The notes: generated from the letters alone by a model not told the origin. Numbered from the stretch's first letter, positions 21,700 to 32,336 are shown. The stretch: DNA of 64,000 nucleotides from an uncultured cyanobacterium (GCA_963740315.1 CAVUDP010000001.1:992001-1056000), one strand, 5' to 3'. Made by a program: numbers and translations.

Positions 21700-22863
21700 A
21701 TGCAAATTTATCTAGATTACAGTGCTACAACTCCTACTCGTCCTGAAGCAATTAACATGATGCAAGCAGTGTTAACTCAAGGGTGGGGAAATCCTTCAAG
21801 TTTACATGAGTGGGGACAACGGGCGGCGACTATTTTAGAGCAAGCTAGAATGCAAGTTGCTAGTTTGATTAACGCTCCCTATGAATCGATTGTCTTTACT
21901 TCTGGAGGTACCGAAGCGAATAATTTAGCAATTATGGGAGTTGCTCGTTTGTATGCGAAACCCCAACATATAATTATTTCGAGCGTCGAACATTCCGCCG
22001 TATCAGAGCCTGCGAAATTGCTTGAAAGTTGGGGTTGGGAAGTTACTCGTTTGAATGTTGATGCAGGATGTAGAGTTAATCCAATAGATTTAAAAGCTGC
22101 TTTACAAGATAATACGGTTTTAATTTCGATTATTTACGGGCAAAGTGAGGTTGGCACGGTACAGCCGATTGAAGAACTAGGTAAAATTGCTCGCAGTGCT
22201 GGAGTTTTGTTTCATACAGATGCAGTGCAAGCGGTGGGAAGATTGCCCATAGATTTAAATAAATTGCCAGTAGATTTACTTAGTATTTCCAGTCATAAAA
22301 TATATGGTCCCCAAGGTACTGGAGCATTGTACGTTCGTCCGGGAATCGAGTTAGTACCGTTACTAAGTGGTGGCGGACAAGAAATGCGATCGCGTTCCGG
22401 TACTCAAGCAGTACCGATCGTTGCCGGGTTTGGGGTAGCGGCAGAGTTAGCAGCCCAAGAATTACCAGTAGAAACACCCCGATTAATTGAACTGCGCGAT
22501 CGCCTTTTTTCGCAATTAGCTGATGTGAACGGTTTAATCCCTACAGGCGATCTAATGCAGCGTTTACCGCACCACGTGAGTTTTTGCTTAGAATACGCCG
22601 ATGGAGAAAAAATCAGCGGTAAAACCATCGTGCGTCAATTAAATCTAGCAGGAATAGGCATCAGCGCCGGTTCAGCCTGTCATAGTGGTAAACTGAGTCC
22701 TAGCCCCATACTTAGTGCAATGGGCTATTCCAAAGGAGCAGCAATGGGAGGTATTCGCATTACTTTAGGGCGTTACACCACTGTCGCAGACGTTGACTGG
22801 GTAGCAATGGTATTGAAGCAAGTAGTCAGCCGTCTCGATCGCTTTGCCCTTGTTGCTAATTAG
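21700..22863 (+). CDS. cysteine desulfurase (IscS/NifS family)
   Basis: YLDYSATT, FTSGGTEANN, HTDAVQ, SSHKIYGP (PLP Lys), SAGSACHS. Confidence 0.92.
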   Translation: MQIYLDYSATTPTRPEAINMMQAVLTQGWGNPSSLHEWGQRAATILEQARMQVASLINAPYESIVFTSGGTEANNLAIMGVARLYAKPQHIIISSVEHSAVSEPAKLLESWGWEVTRLNVDAGCRVNPIDLKAALQDNTVLISIIYGQSEVGTVQPIEELGKIARSAGVLFHTDAVQAVGRLPIDLNKLPVDLLSISSHKIYGPQGTGALYVRPGIELVPLLSGGGQEMRSRSGTQAVPIVAGFGVAAELAAQELPVETPRLIELRDRLFSQLADVNGLIPTGDLMQRLPHHVSFCLEYADGEKISGKTIVRQLNLAGIGISAGSACHSGKLSPSPILSAMGYSKGAAMGGIRITLGRYTTVADVDWVAMVLKQVVSRLDRFALVAN

Positions 22864-22882
22864 AATCATTTTTAATTGGGTA

Positions 22883-23003
22883 CGGGAGATGGGGAGATGG
22901 GGGGATGGGGGATGGGGAGATGGGGAGATGGGGAGATGGGGTTCGGGGGAGATGGGGTTCGGGGGAGATGGGGGGATGGGGGGGATGGGGGGGATGGGGA
23001 GAT
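22883..23003 (+). repeat. G-rich STRR-type tandem array (GGGGAGAT/GGGGGAT units)
   Basis: Many consecutive G4-G7 runs seen directly. Confidence 0.85.
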
Positions 23004-23014
23004 AGAAAACTCCT

Positions 23015-23160
23015 AACTCCTAACTCAATAAGGTTACTGAGCAGTTCGACGTAGCTCACTGTAAGACTTGTCGAAGTACTCCTAACTCAATAAGGTTACT
23101 GAGCTTGTCGAAGTACTCCTAACTCAATAAGGTTACTGAGCTTGTCGAAGTACTCCTAAC
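23015..23160. repeat. tandem 37-bp units (TACTCCTAACTCAATAAGGTTACTGAGCTTGTCGAAG) x3, the first with a 25-bp insertion
   Basis: Units at 23015-23076, 23077-23113 and 23114-23150; identical single unit at 56750-56786. Confidence 0.85.
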
Positions 23161-23255
23161 AATTCCCAATTCCCAATGCCCAATTCCCAATTCCTAATTC
23201 CTAATTCCTAATTCCAACTTTCAATCTAAAATTTAAAATCTAAAATCCAAAATCC
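23161..23255. repeat. heptameric STRR arrays (AATTCCC/AATTCCT, AAAATCT/AAAATCC)
   Basis: 7-nt tandem repeats seen directly. Confidence 0.8.
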
Positions 23256-23258
23256 GAT

Positions 23259-23996
23259 ATGCCTGAATTACCAAGAACATTAGAAGACGCAATTGTTCAA
23301 GCCCGCGAAGCAACTCAAGCGGCTCTTGCAGATGGTTATACTCGGTTGCAAGTTGAGTTATTGTTTCCGGAATTGAAAGCATTACCTGCGGCGCAACAAT
23401 TTCTACCAGCTTTTGAAGAGTATGGTGATAAACTAAAGATTTTCTTTGCCGATGCTGGCAGTACAGCTCTAGCTGGTCGCGATTGGAATGAAGTACCTTT
23501 CCAACTTACGGATATCGGTACTGGTAGGATGGCTGCGATACAGTCAAAAGTTCAACCGGAAGATGAAATTTTCTTGTTTGTTCAACCTACCTCGGTTGAA
23601 GTACCGCAGTTGGAAAAAATATGCGAAGCGATCGGCGAAAATCGTCCTTTTGTAATGTTCGTTCCTCGTTTGGAAGATTCGGGTACTGTAGGTATCGGTT
23701 ATGCAGCCCGACAAACTCGCCAGCGTTTTATTAATACAGTTGAATCTTGTTACTATTTGCGTCCAATATTTGAAGAAGCTGCGTTATTTCGTTGCTATCC
23801 TGGATTGTGGTCGGTTTGGGTAGAAAAAAACGGCGATTATGTTCGTGTTGCGGAATTAGCTCAAAAGCCTTCTGGTGATGAATTAGATACGATTATATCC
23901 GACGGACAATCGCAAGGAGAAGGCGAGCCTGCTGCGGCGAAAAGTAAAAGTGTATTTAGAGGTTTGCAGCGATTTGTGAGGGCGTTGAGAAGTTAG
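23259..23996 (+). CDS. DUF1995 family protein
   Basis: LPRTLEDAIVQAREATQAALADG...VELLFPEL, FFADAG, GIGYAARQ and CYYLRP. Confidence 0.8.
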   Translation: MPELPRTLEDAIVQAREATQAALADGYTRLQVELLFPELKALPAAQQFLPAFEEYGDKLKIFFADAGSTALAGRDWNEVPFQLTDIGTGRMAAIQSKVQPEDEIFLFVQPTSVEVPQLEKICEAIGENRPFVMFVPRLEDSGTVGIGYAARQTRQRFINTVESCYYLRPIFEEAALFRCYPGLWSVWVEKNGDYVRVAELAQKPSGDELDTIISDGQSQGEGEPAAAKSKSVFRGLQRFVRALRS

Positions 23997-24007
23997 ATTT
24001 ATCAACA

Positions 24008-24050
24008 ATTATCAATGAACAATTATCGATCGCCTATTGTTCATTGATAA
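24008..24050. terminator. inverted-STRR hairpin between convergent genes
   Basis: ATTATCAATGAACAAT ... ATTGTTCATTGATAAT. Confidence 0.5.
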
Positions 24051-24069
24051 TCGATCGTTCATCATCGAT

Positions 24070-27000
24070 TTAATTAGTTCCCAAAGCGGCATTTAAAACT
24101 TTACTAATTCTTTGACGTGTTTCGAGTAAATGGGCTTTTGTATATTCGTCTTCGGAATTTGCATCATCTAATTTTTCGCCTAATTGACGTAGTTTGTACC
24201 ATGCTAAGGTGCGGGCATCTTCAGGAACATTGACTTTTCGCAACACCATATTACTTAAGATGTCTAAATATTTTCGCTGCAATCCCCGACGCAAGCTGGA
24301 AATTTCAATGTCTTTACCTTTGGGCTTTAATACTTCCGTCCAAATGCTATCTTGAAGCGTATTAAATAATTCCGGTAAAGTCAGTGCTTCCCCTTTCTTA
24401 CTTTTCAACTCAATATCTTTGAGACGAGAAAGGCGATCGCTCGATAGTAAATCGGACAAAACCATATTCTGCATATATAATATTAGGTCGTGGATGGGAT
24501 AGTCCAACCGACCGATTTGAGGGTTGCTTCCCCAATGCCGCCAACGCGATGGTGCTAATTTATTCAACAATTCTGGTGAGAAGTTAAAAGCATCTTCGGC
24601 AAAGATATAATCTCCCAATACTTCTAAAGCTTGCCGCTGTTTTTCGACGGGTACTGGTTCAAATGGCAGACGTGTTTGGTCTTTGCTGGCGTAAACTCGG
24701 TAGAATGACTGACCGCCGATGTATTTTGAACTGTAGTAAATTTGTTGGAAGTAATTGCTCAATACTGCCCCAAAACGTTCGCGCACGTCGCTGTAACTTT
24801 CTCCCTCTAAAGGATAGCGCTTGTTGATTCTATCCCACATTTTACGGGCGTTATCCATTTGCCACTTAGAATAAAGCAGCACGTTAGAACTGTTATCCCA
24901 TGCGTCGGCGGTTGGATCTAAATCGTAGACATCTTCATCAGTGGAATAACTATACTCTGGTTTGTAAGATTCGGAGGCTATTTCCCGTAAAACCGGCTTT
25001 TCGGCGTTGGTGGATGCGGCTTTAATTTGAGAGTAACCGTATTTTATCGCCCATGCATCGTAAGGTCCAATAATGCTGGGGAAATAATCTCCCTGCTTGA
25101 CGCTTTCGGGGGCAATATTAGGAGGAATGTAGTCCATTACTGAAGCTACTTGTCCCCGACTGCGGGTAATAGTTGTGTCGTTCATTTCCTTGGGAGATAG
25201 CATAGTACTACCCCGGAAGTTATGCCTCAAACCCAAGGTGTGACCGACTTCGTGAGCAACAATTAACCGTAAGTATTGATGAATATACTCTTTGGTTTCT
25301 TGACTGGTAGGCGGTAAATCTCGCAACAGCGAAATCGCTAATTTACCGTAACCAAATTGGTTTGTGGCTTCTATTCCGTAACAAAGGTCGTACTTACTTG
25401 CTAATGTGGATAAACGGCGTATAACTTCTGGTTGGGATTCTTCAGAATTGTCATCTCCATCTGACAAATCGTTACACAACAAGCGATTTTGCATCATCGC
25501 CGACATAGTAAGATTTTTCGACTGGCTAGGCTGAACCATTTGCCGATAATCTTTCTTCAGAGAACTAACTAAACTAGCGTCAATTAAAATATCTGCGTCT
25601 AGAATTTCCCCAGTCAAAGGATTAACGCGGGATGGTCCCATCGCAAAATACCCATCTACTGTATTAATCCAGCGAATGGTGTTGTAACGGATGTCTGACG
25701 GGTCCCAAGTGGCAGTATCTGGCATCTGCTTGACTTCGATCGCATTTTTAAATCCGGCGGCTTCAAACGCCCGATTCCACATCAAAACGCCTTCTTCGAT
25801 CGCTTTGCGATATTCATAGGGTGTAGCGTTATCTATCCAATAAACAATCGGTTTTTTAGGTTCGGAAATACTCGCGTTGGGATACTTTTTTTCCAACTTC
25901 CAACGATTTATATAGCGCACAAATGGGTCGCTGGGGTCTTTTTTGGATAAATCTTGATAAGCAGTGATGAAATAACCCACTCTTTCGTCGGCTAAACGGG
26001 GACGGTAAGTATTATCTGGTAGTTGAGAAAGACTGTAGTGAAGCTTGAGAGTAAAACCACGTTTGTCAGCTAAAGTACTAAATTTAGTATTTCTTGGCTT
26101 GCTGCTGGTACCCCCAGAAAAGTTTAAAACCGACTGAACTTCTATATTTTGAGGAAAAACTTTAGCAGTACCAAAATAAGAATCATCTTGAGAACCGGGC
26201 ACTCCCAAACTCGAAGATAATCCAGCTAAATCTGCGAGCAATAAATCCCCTAAGTCAATAAGTATACTTTTGCTTTGGGGATGAATGCTTTGAATCTTAA
26301 CTCTATAAAGAACAGAATCGCTAAAAGACCTCGCTAAAGAACGTACTTGGGGATCTCCTTCTTGAGTACGGAAGTTGACGTTACGAACTACAAAGTGTAA
26401 ATCCTCACCTACTCGTTCAAAGTAAAACATAAAATCTTGTAAAGGCATCCCGCTGTAAATTCCAGCTTCGCCAATACCTGATTCTAAAGTTGCCGTTGCT
26501 AAATAATTTTTATTAAGCTGTGTTGGTTTAACTTCCAAATAAATTTTATTTTTTTCTTTGTCCCTGTAAAGAGTAAATAAACCTTTTGAAACTTGAGTAT
26601 CTTTAATAACTTTATCGAAAGCTTTAAAACTATCTTTTGCAGTTGGTTTTGTTTCTGACTCGGTTTTACTAAGAGGCTTTTTAACTGGTTTTTTCTGTTC
26701 TTTATTTAGCTGCAAAAAAGGTTGTTGGGCTGCAAGTTTGGTGTCATTGACTACCCAAGTAAATGGAACTGGCTGGACTTCTTCTGTCTTACCAACTTCC
26801 CATACTTTGCCTGGTGGTAGTTTTTCGAGGCTCCTGCGATTAACTTCGTTTCCCCTGGGAGCATCGTTTAATTTTTCTGATTTTACGGCTTGAGTTAGCG
26901 TCACCGCTTCTTGTGCCGTTGCAGCTAATGCCTTAAAGCCAAAAGTTGCTATTGCTAACAAACCCTGTAACAAAATTATATAAATACTCTTTTTGTTCAT
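24070..27000 (-). CDS. secreted zinc-dependent metalloprotease (metzincin; DUF5117/DUF4953-type)
   Basis: Signal peptide, RLADERVGYF, HEVGHTLGLRHN zinc motif, SVMDY Met-turn. Confidence 0.87.
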   Translation of the reverse strand: MNKKSIYIILLQGLLAIATFGFKALAATAQEAVTLTQAVKSEKLNDAPRGNEVNRRSLEKLPPGKVWEVGKTEEVQPVPFTWVVNDTKLAAQQPFLQLNKEQKKPVKKPLSKTESETKPTAKDSFKAFDKVIKDTQVSKGLFTLYRDKEKNKIYLEVKPTQLNKNYLATATLESGIGEAGIYSGMPLQDFMFYFERVGEDLHFVVRNVNFRTQEGDPQVRSLARSFSDSVLYRVKIQSIHPQSKSILIDLGDLLLADLAGLSSSLGVPGSQDDSYFGTAKVFPQNIEVQSVLNFSGGTSSKPRNTKFSTLADKRGFTLKLHYSLSQLPDNTYRPRLADERVGYFITAYQDLSKKDPSDPFVRYINRWKLEKKYPNASISEPKKPIVYWIDNATPYEYRKAIEEGVLMWNRAFEAAGFKNAIEVKQMPDTATWDPSDIRYNTIRWINTVDGYFAMGPSRVNPLTGEILDADILIDASLVSSLKKDYRQMVQPSQSKNLTMSAMMQNRLLCNDLSDGDDNSEESQPEVIRRLSTLASKYDLCYGIEATNQFGYGKLAISLLRDLPPTSQETKEYIHQYLRLIVAHEVGHTLGLRHNFRGSTMLSPKEMNDTTITRSRGQVASVMDYIPPNIAPESVKQGDYFPSIIGPYDAWAIKYGYSQIKAASTNAEKPVLREIASESYKPEYSYSTDEDVYDLDPTADAWDNSSNVLLYSKWQMDNARKMWDRINKRYPLEGESYSDVRERFGAVLSNYFQQIYYSSKYIGGQSFYRVYASKDQTRLPFEPVPVEKQRQALEVLGDYIFAEDAFNFSPELLNKLAPSRWRHWGSNPQIGRLDYPIHDLILYMQNMVLSDLLSSDRLSRLKDIELKSKKGEALTLPELFNTLQDSIWTEVLKPKGKDIEISSLRRGLQRKYLDILSNMVLRKVNVPEDARTLAWYKLRQLGEKLDDANSEDEYTKAHLLETRQRISKVLNAALGTN

Positions 27001-27523
27001 CCGAATTATCTCCGGGCTACATAGCCTAATTCATTTGTAATGCTTAGGTCGCGATCGCGTATGCGAACCGTTCTCTCCTCAATCGATCGCCAAAACCGAA
27101 AAATATAATCTATTTAAATGCCTAGTATCAAGCAGAAAACTTTTTAGGTCAAATTAATATGACATTTCTCAGTTTTTTTGCCCCTTTTTACTGTAGTATT
27201 CTTCCTAACAATTGTGACTGTAGTAAACAGTACGCATTATTAAATAAACTCAGCAGAAAATATACTGGGAAGCTAGTATAACAGTCAAAGAAAGGTAAAT
27301 TCCGTTTTTTAAACACGAAAAACCATTTCAAATAGAGATTTTAGAAAGTTTGCAGGAGGGCAAGCCGCATCGCGACGGTTAATAACCGTTATTATACCCA
27401 ATTATAGATTTCTTAGTCGTAGTAAATCATACTAGTCTTGGATGTTCAAAAACGTCCTGAGTTCAAGAAAATATTCAGGTAAGCTCTTTCACATCAGTGC
27501 TATTAGCGTATTAAAACATACAG

Positions 27524-29242
27524 ATGGTACAAATAGAACTTTTCAAGCAGCTTTGGAGAACTTGTTTGAAGCGGTTGTGGTTGGAAGAGGTGCTTCAGGG
27601 GGCATCTGAAGAAACCAAAACAATTACGATTTCGGCAAACACCAGCAAGTTACCTTTGCAACAAGTTGAATCCGATCTAAATGATTTGCAATTGAGTCAA
27701 GAAAAACTACAAGCAAGTCTGATCGAGTGGGCGCAAACAAACAATGGTTTTACATTTAATATAGATGACCGACAATTTCACGAACAGATTTATGCATTAT
27801 TAAGTAATATTGCATTAAAACCAGAAATTATTGAAGCTGTAGCGATCGGGTTTAAGAATAGCGATTTGACGAACCCAATAATTCTTTTTAGAAGGTTAGA
27901 AGATTTTTATCGTCGCTGGTGTGATGGTGAATTTATTGATGCCGCACCAAATCATAACTTGCCCCAGAAGCAAATGTTGCAGCTACAAGCACAAAACGTT
28001 GCAATTGGTCTGCGGAAAGTAGATATAAATACGGGATTAAATGTAATGATTTTGCTTTTGGAATTACATCGATTTCAAGAACAAATTCAAGAACAAAATC
28101 TTGAAGCTGAAATTACTTTTTACCCATCCGACAAGCCCGACAGCGATAATTTTTTTACATCTAGGCTGTTGCGGGTAATTAATTACAGCGATTCGATTGA
28201 AATTGGTAATTTTAGTAATGTAGTTGGTGCATTTCTTAAAGGTGCCCAGTTAAAAGGCGTTTACTTAGGGGATGCCAACCTTACAGGTGTTAATTTCAGC
28301 GAAGCAAATCTTAGTGATGCTTATCTAGGAGATGCCAATCTTACAGGCGTACAGGCAAAAAAAGTAAACCTGAGTAATGCGAACCTTGGGGATGCAAATT
28401 TAAGCGGTGCCGACCTTAGAGAGGCGAATCTGACTCATAGCGACCTGACTCACTGTAATTTAAGCGGTGCGGATTTGAGTGGTGCGGATTTGAGAAGTGC
28501 CGATTTAGGCGATGCGAACTTGGCTGGCGCGAATTTGGCTGGCGCGAACTTGGCTGGCGCGAACTTAACCAGTGCAAATTTAAGAGATGCAACGCTAGAT
28601 GGTGCTAACCTCAAAAATGCCATACTTTTAGGGGCGAATTTGAGCGATAGCAACTTAATTGGCGTAGAAATGAGTTATGCCGATTTGTGTAGAGCCGACC
28701 TGAGCGGCGCTAATTTAAGGGGTTCCACGCTCAAAGGTACAAATCTGAGCGATTCTATTTTATTTAGTACCAACCTGATCTCAGCCATTTTAGTTGCAGC
28801 AGACCTGAGTTACGCAAAACTTAATGGTGCAAATTTACAGCAAGCAAATTTACAGGGAGCAATTATTTTAGGCGCTGACTTAGGAGGAGTAGATTTGAGT
28901 CAAGTTATTCTTAACGAAGCTGACTTGAGTGGAGTTACCCTTAGCGAAGCAGATTTAAGCGGTGCGAACCTCAGCCATGCGATTTTGCTCGGTACCGACT
29001 TGAGTTATGCAAATTTACATCATGCTAACCTTAGCGGTAGTAACCTTAGCGGGGCTATTTTTAGTGGCGCTGACCTCAGCCATACCGATTTTAGCGAAGC
29101 AATTCTTGGCGGTGCCGACCTCAGCGAAGCTAACTTAGAAAATATGACTTGGAATGAAGATTTGGAATGGGAGAATGTTCGCGGTTTGGATAAAGCAGTA
29201 AACGTCCCTGAAATATTAAAGGAAAAATTGAAGCTGTTTTAA
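27524..29242 (+). CDS. pentapeptide repeat protein
   Basis: Long run of A(N/D)LxG pentapeptides in the C-terminal half. Confidence 0.9.
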   Translation: MVQIELFKQLWRTCLKRLWLEEVLQGASEETKTITISANTSKLPLQQVESDLNDLQLSQEKLQASLIEWAQTNNGFTFNIDDRQFHEQIYALLSNIALKPEIIEAVAIGFKNSDLTNPIILFRRLEDFYRRWCDGEFIDAAPNHNLPQKQMLQLQAQNVAIGLRKVDINTGLNVMILLLELHRFQEQIQEQNLEAEITFYPSDKPDSDNFFTSRLLRVINYSDSIEIGNFSNVVGAFLKGAQLKGVYLGDANLTGVNFSEANLSDAYLGDANLTGVQAKKVNLSNANLGDANLSGADLREANLTHSDLTHCNLSGADLSGADLRSADLGDANLAGANLAGANLAGANLTSANLRDATLDGANLKNAILLGANLSDSNLIGVEMSYADLCRADLSGANLRGSTLKGTNLSDSILFSTNLISAILVAADLSYAKLNGANLQQANLQGAIILGADLGGVDLSQVILNEADLSGVTLSEADLSGANLSHAILLGTDLSYANLHHANLSGSNLSGAIFSGADLSHTDFSEAILGGADLSEANLENMTWNEDLEWENVRGLDKAVNVPEILKEKLKLF

Positions 29243-29418
29243 ATAAAAATGCAAATAAATAAAGGTTAAATTGGGGAAGCTGAGTTGATTTTTCTTTAGA
29301 CTTCTTCACATAACTCATGCAGAACGTTAAACTTCATTGCAATATAAGTATCTTCGATCGAAGCAAATAGTAAGTTCTGATATGCTCTATAAGCATCGAG
29401 ATCAAAAAGGAGAACACT

Positions 29419-29622
29419 GTGGCAATGGAATCAAATGCGGTAATGGGCAACAACTCAGCACGTGAAGAGTTTAGCGAATATGTTGCTCATTTACAGTTTC
29501 ATATGACTCTACAGGCTCGTAATCTGGTTCCAAGCTTAGGGCAAACTAAAGACAGCCGAGGAGAATTACTTCATCAAACCCAGGCTGATTTTGAAAAACT
29601 TGTTTCTCGCCAAGTAATCTGA
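29419..29622 (+). CDS. small hypothetical protein (67 aa)
   Basis: GTG start with AAGGAG RBS; protein-like sequence followed by a hairpin. Confidence 0.7.
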   Translation: MAMESNAVMGNNSAREEFSEYVAHLQFHMTLQARNLVPSLGQTKDSRGELLHQTQADFEKLVSRQVI

Positions 29623-29657
29623 ACTCATACAAAAGTTAACAAAGTTAAAATAGAATG

Positions 29658-29710
29658 AAAGCAGTTCTTGTGAGAATATTTACGTGTTATTCTCGTCGGA
29701 ACTGCTTTTT
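29658..29710 (+). terminator. long stem-loop downstream of the small ORF
   Basis: AAAGCAGTTC...GAGAATA...TATTCTC...GAACTGCTTT plus T run. Confidence 0.5.
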
Positions 29711-29831
29711 ACGATTTAAAGTTATGAAAATCACTCTTTTGGCGCAACGGCTAATAACGTGGCATCCGTTAATATGATTGCAGCACTAAGCACGTACTTA
29801 CAATATATTTAAGGGTTAAGGTTGGAAAGAG

Positions 29832-31076
29832 ATGAAAATGACATCCTTACTTTCACAAAATATTAATATCGTTATTCGACCAGTTCAATATCGGGACTTA
29901 GATGATATAGAACGTCTATCCCAAGAGTCGTTTGCAGCCCAAGACACGTATGTAGAACATTTTGCTACACAGCAAGTGCAAAAACTGCGTCGTAATTTTG
30001 GAGTACTCAAATTTTTAAGTTGGTTTCCGAACCCCTTACAGCATCGTCTTTGCGCTTATGTAGCAGAACAAGGACGTACCATGCTGGGGATTATTCAGGT
30101 ATCGCCGTTTAACAAGACACTCAGCACCTGGCGCGTAGACAGAGTGATGCTGGAGAAATCGGTAAACAAGCAAGCAATTGGTTCTCAACTTTTGCGCTAC
30201 TGCTTTGAGTCGATTTTAGAAGCTCGCACCTGGATTTTGGAAGCAAACGTTAATGATAAAGAAGCCCTAGCCCTTTATCGCCAAAATGGATTTCAGCGTT
30301 TGGCGGAAATGACATATTGGGAAATCGAACCGGAATTATTAGCTTCATTGGCGCAAGCTGAGCCAGATTTACCTAATTTGCTACCTGTAAGCAATGCGGA
30401 TGCTCAGTTATTATATCAACTTGATACCGCATCAATGCCGCCTTTAGTACGCCAAGTATTCGATCGCCAAACCCATGACTTTAAAACCGGCTTATTCGGT
30501 GCTTTAGCCGACGCAATTAAGCAGTGGTTAACAAAATCAGAAGTAGTTAGCGGTTACGTATTTGAACCCCAAAGAAAAGCAGCCATTGGTTATTTTCAAT
30601 TGAGAATCGATCGCAAAGGAGAAACATCCCATCTTGCGACTTTGACCGTTCATCCTGCATATACTTGGCTGTATCCAGAGCTACTGTCTCAGATGGCTCG
30701 CATTACTCAAGATTTTCCATCCTCTTCGTTGAAAGTCGCTTCGGCAGACTATCAGCCAGAAGGAGAAGAATATTTAGAGCAAATAGGAGCAAGTCGTATA
30801 GAACATACATTAATCATGTCTCGTTCCGTATGGCACAAAGTACGGGAATCGAAATTCGTTTCTTTAGAAGGAATTCAGCTACCAGAGATGCTGCAAGGAT
30901 TGCAACCAGCCCGCAAACCCATACCGGGGGGAATGCTGTGGACGCAAGAAAAAAGACAGCAAATGTTAGAAAGAGCAAAATTAAAAAAATCGAATAAAGA
31001 TAATATTGCTCTACCTTACAAAAAAACTAACTTAGAAGGTACCCCAGCGCCTTCAACCGATACTCAACAGGAGTAA
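29832..31076 (+). CDS. GNAT family N-acetyltransferase (tandem domains)
   Basis: IRPVQYRDL, AIGSQLL and ALALYRQNGF GNAT motifs. Confidence 0.82.
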   Translation: MKMTSLLSQNINIVIRPVQYRDLDDIERLSQESFAAQDTYVEHFATQQVQKLRRNFGVLKFLSWFPNPLQHRLCAYVAEQGRTMLGIIQVSPFNKTLSTWRVDRVMLEKSVNKQAIGSQLLRYCFESILEARTWILEANVNDKEALALYRQNGFQRLAEMTYWEIEPELLASLAQAEPDLPNLLPVSNADAQLLYQLDTASMPPLVRQVFDRQTHDFKTGLFGALADAIKQWLTKSEVVSGYVFEPQRKAAIGYFQLRIDRKGETSHLATLTVHPAYTWLYPELLSQMARITQDFPSSSLKVASADYQPEGEEYLEQIGASRIEHTLIMSRSVWHKVRESKFVSLEGIQLPEMLQGLQPARKPIPGGMLWTQEKRQQMLERAKLKKSNKDNIALPYKKTNLEGTPAPSTDTQQE

Positions 31077-31080
31077 TAAC

Positions 31081-31620
31081 GTGCAACAGGGAAGAGAAGA
31101 TGAAACCAATACCCAATTAAATACCCAAAATTTATCCTCTCAAACCCAAACACAAAATAATACAAAGCAAAGGTATATATCCGCTTTAGGATTAGATGTA
31201 GGTAGCAAACGAATTGGGATAGCTGGATGCGATCGCACTGGTTTAATTGCAACTGGAATTACCACGTTACATCGCACATCTTTTGACCGAGATGTCAAGC
31301 TGTTAGAGCAAATAATTCAAGAAAGAGACGTAGAAATTTTGGTAGTTGGGCTACCTTATTCTATGGATGGTTCGTTAGGATTTCAAGCGCGTCACGTGCA
31401 AAAATTTACCAAAAGAATCACGGCAATTTTGAAATTACCAGTAGAATACGTAGACGAGCGCTTAACTTCTTATCAAGCCGAACAAATGATGATTGCCCAA
31501 AAACTTTCTCCTTCGCGCAACAAAGGATTAATTGATAGAAAAGCAGCAGCATTAATACTGCAACAGTGGTTAGACATTAGACGGCAACAGCAAAAAATAC
31601 TGGACGAAAAAAACGCTTAA
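31081..31620 (+). CDS. ruvX: YqgF/RuvX family nuclease
   Basis: ALGLDVGSKRIGIA, VVGLP, VDERLTS and IDRKAAALILQ. Confidence 0.9.
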   Translation: MQQGREDETNTQLNTQNLSSQTQTQNNTKQRYISALGLDVGSKRIGIAGCDRTGLIATGITTLHRTSFDRDVKLLEQIIQERDVEILVVGLPYSMDGSLGFQARHVQKFTKRITAILKLPVEYVDERLTSYQAEQMMIAQKLSPSRNKGLIDRKAAALILQQWLDIRRQQQKILDEKNA

Positions 31621-31763
31621 TTTTAATAGCTTTTGACGTGATATTCTGAGAACAAGAGTCAGCATTTTTCTATCGTCAGTATTTTATGGTGAAGAATTTG
31701 TTGCTGAACGATAGAGCAATCTATTTTTCAAGCTGGTATTAATTTTCGTGCTTTTACTCGGCT

Positions 31764-32336
31764 ATGTATCCATCTCAATTTCCTGAAGAAAACGAGCGTC
31801 CCAATCAAAGTTCCATCACCTTAACAGATGAAACTGGAAGGTCACTTGAATGTTATGTCGAGCATTCGCTTGAAGTAGATGAGCAAGAGTACTTTTTATT
31901 GCTTCCTGTTGACTCACCTGTAGAAATTTTTGCTTGGCAAACCGACGGTGAGGGAGAAGAAGCCGTTCTAGTAGAAGATGATGTCACAATAGAAAAGATT
32001 TTTAGTACTGCCCAAGCTGTTTTATCCGAACAAAATTTGGAATTAAAGAATACAGCATACGCTTTAACAGCTGCCGGTGAATTACCTCCTATAGAAGAGT
32101 CAGATATTTTTACATTAGAAATTGAAGACGAAGAGGCAGATTTAGAACCAGAACAGTTACAGTTATTAGCAAGTTTCTATTCTGAAGATCAAGAATACGC
32201 AATTTATACGCCTTTAGATCCTTTGCTATTTTTTGCTCGTATATCTTCAGAAGGAAAACCGCAATTACTTTCACCAGAAGAGTTCCGTGAATTCCAACCA
32301 TTATTAGAAGAGCATCTTTTTAACGAAGTTGATTAG
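31764..32336 (+). CDS. DUF3727 (DUF1292-like) acidic protein
   Basis: LTDETGRSLECY, LLLPVD and YTPLDPLL; position after yqgF typical of cyanobacteria. Confidence 0.78.
   Translation: MYPSQFPEENERPNQSSITLTDETGRSLECYVEHSLEVDEQEYFLLLPVDSPVEIFAWQTDGEGEEAVLVEDDVTIEKIFSTAQAVLSEQNLELKNTAYALTAAGELPPIEESDIFTLEIEDEEADLEPEQLQLLASFYSEDQEYAIYTPLDPLLFFARISSEGKPQLLSPEEFREFQPLLEEHLFNEVD

Noticed and set aside
22856..23059. 67-aa Pro/His-rich ORF
   Set aside because: It is a translation of the G-rich STRR tract and the 37-bp repeat
23015..23160. 37-bp repeats as a CRISPR array
   Set aside because: Units are directly adjacent with no unique spacers, and there are no cas genes in the window
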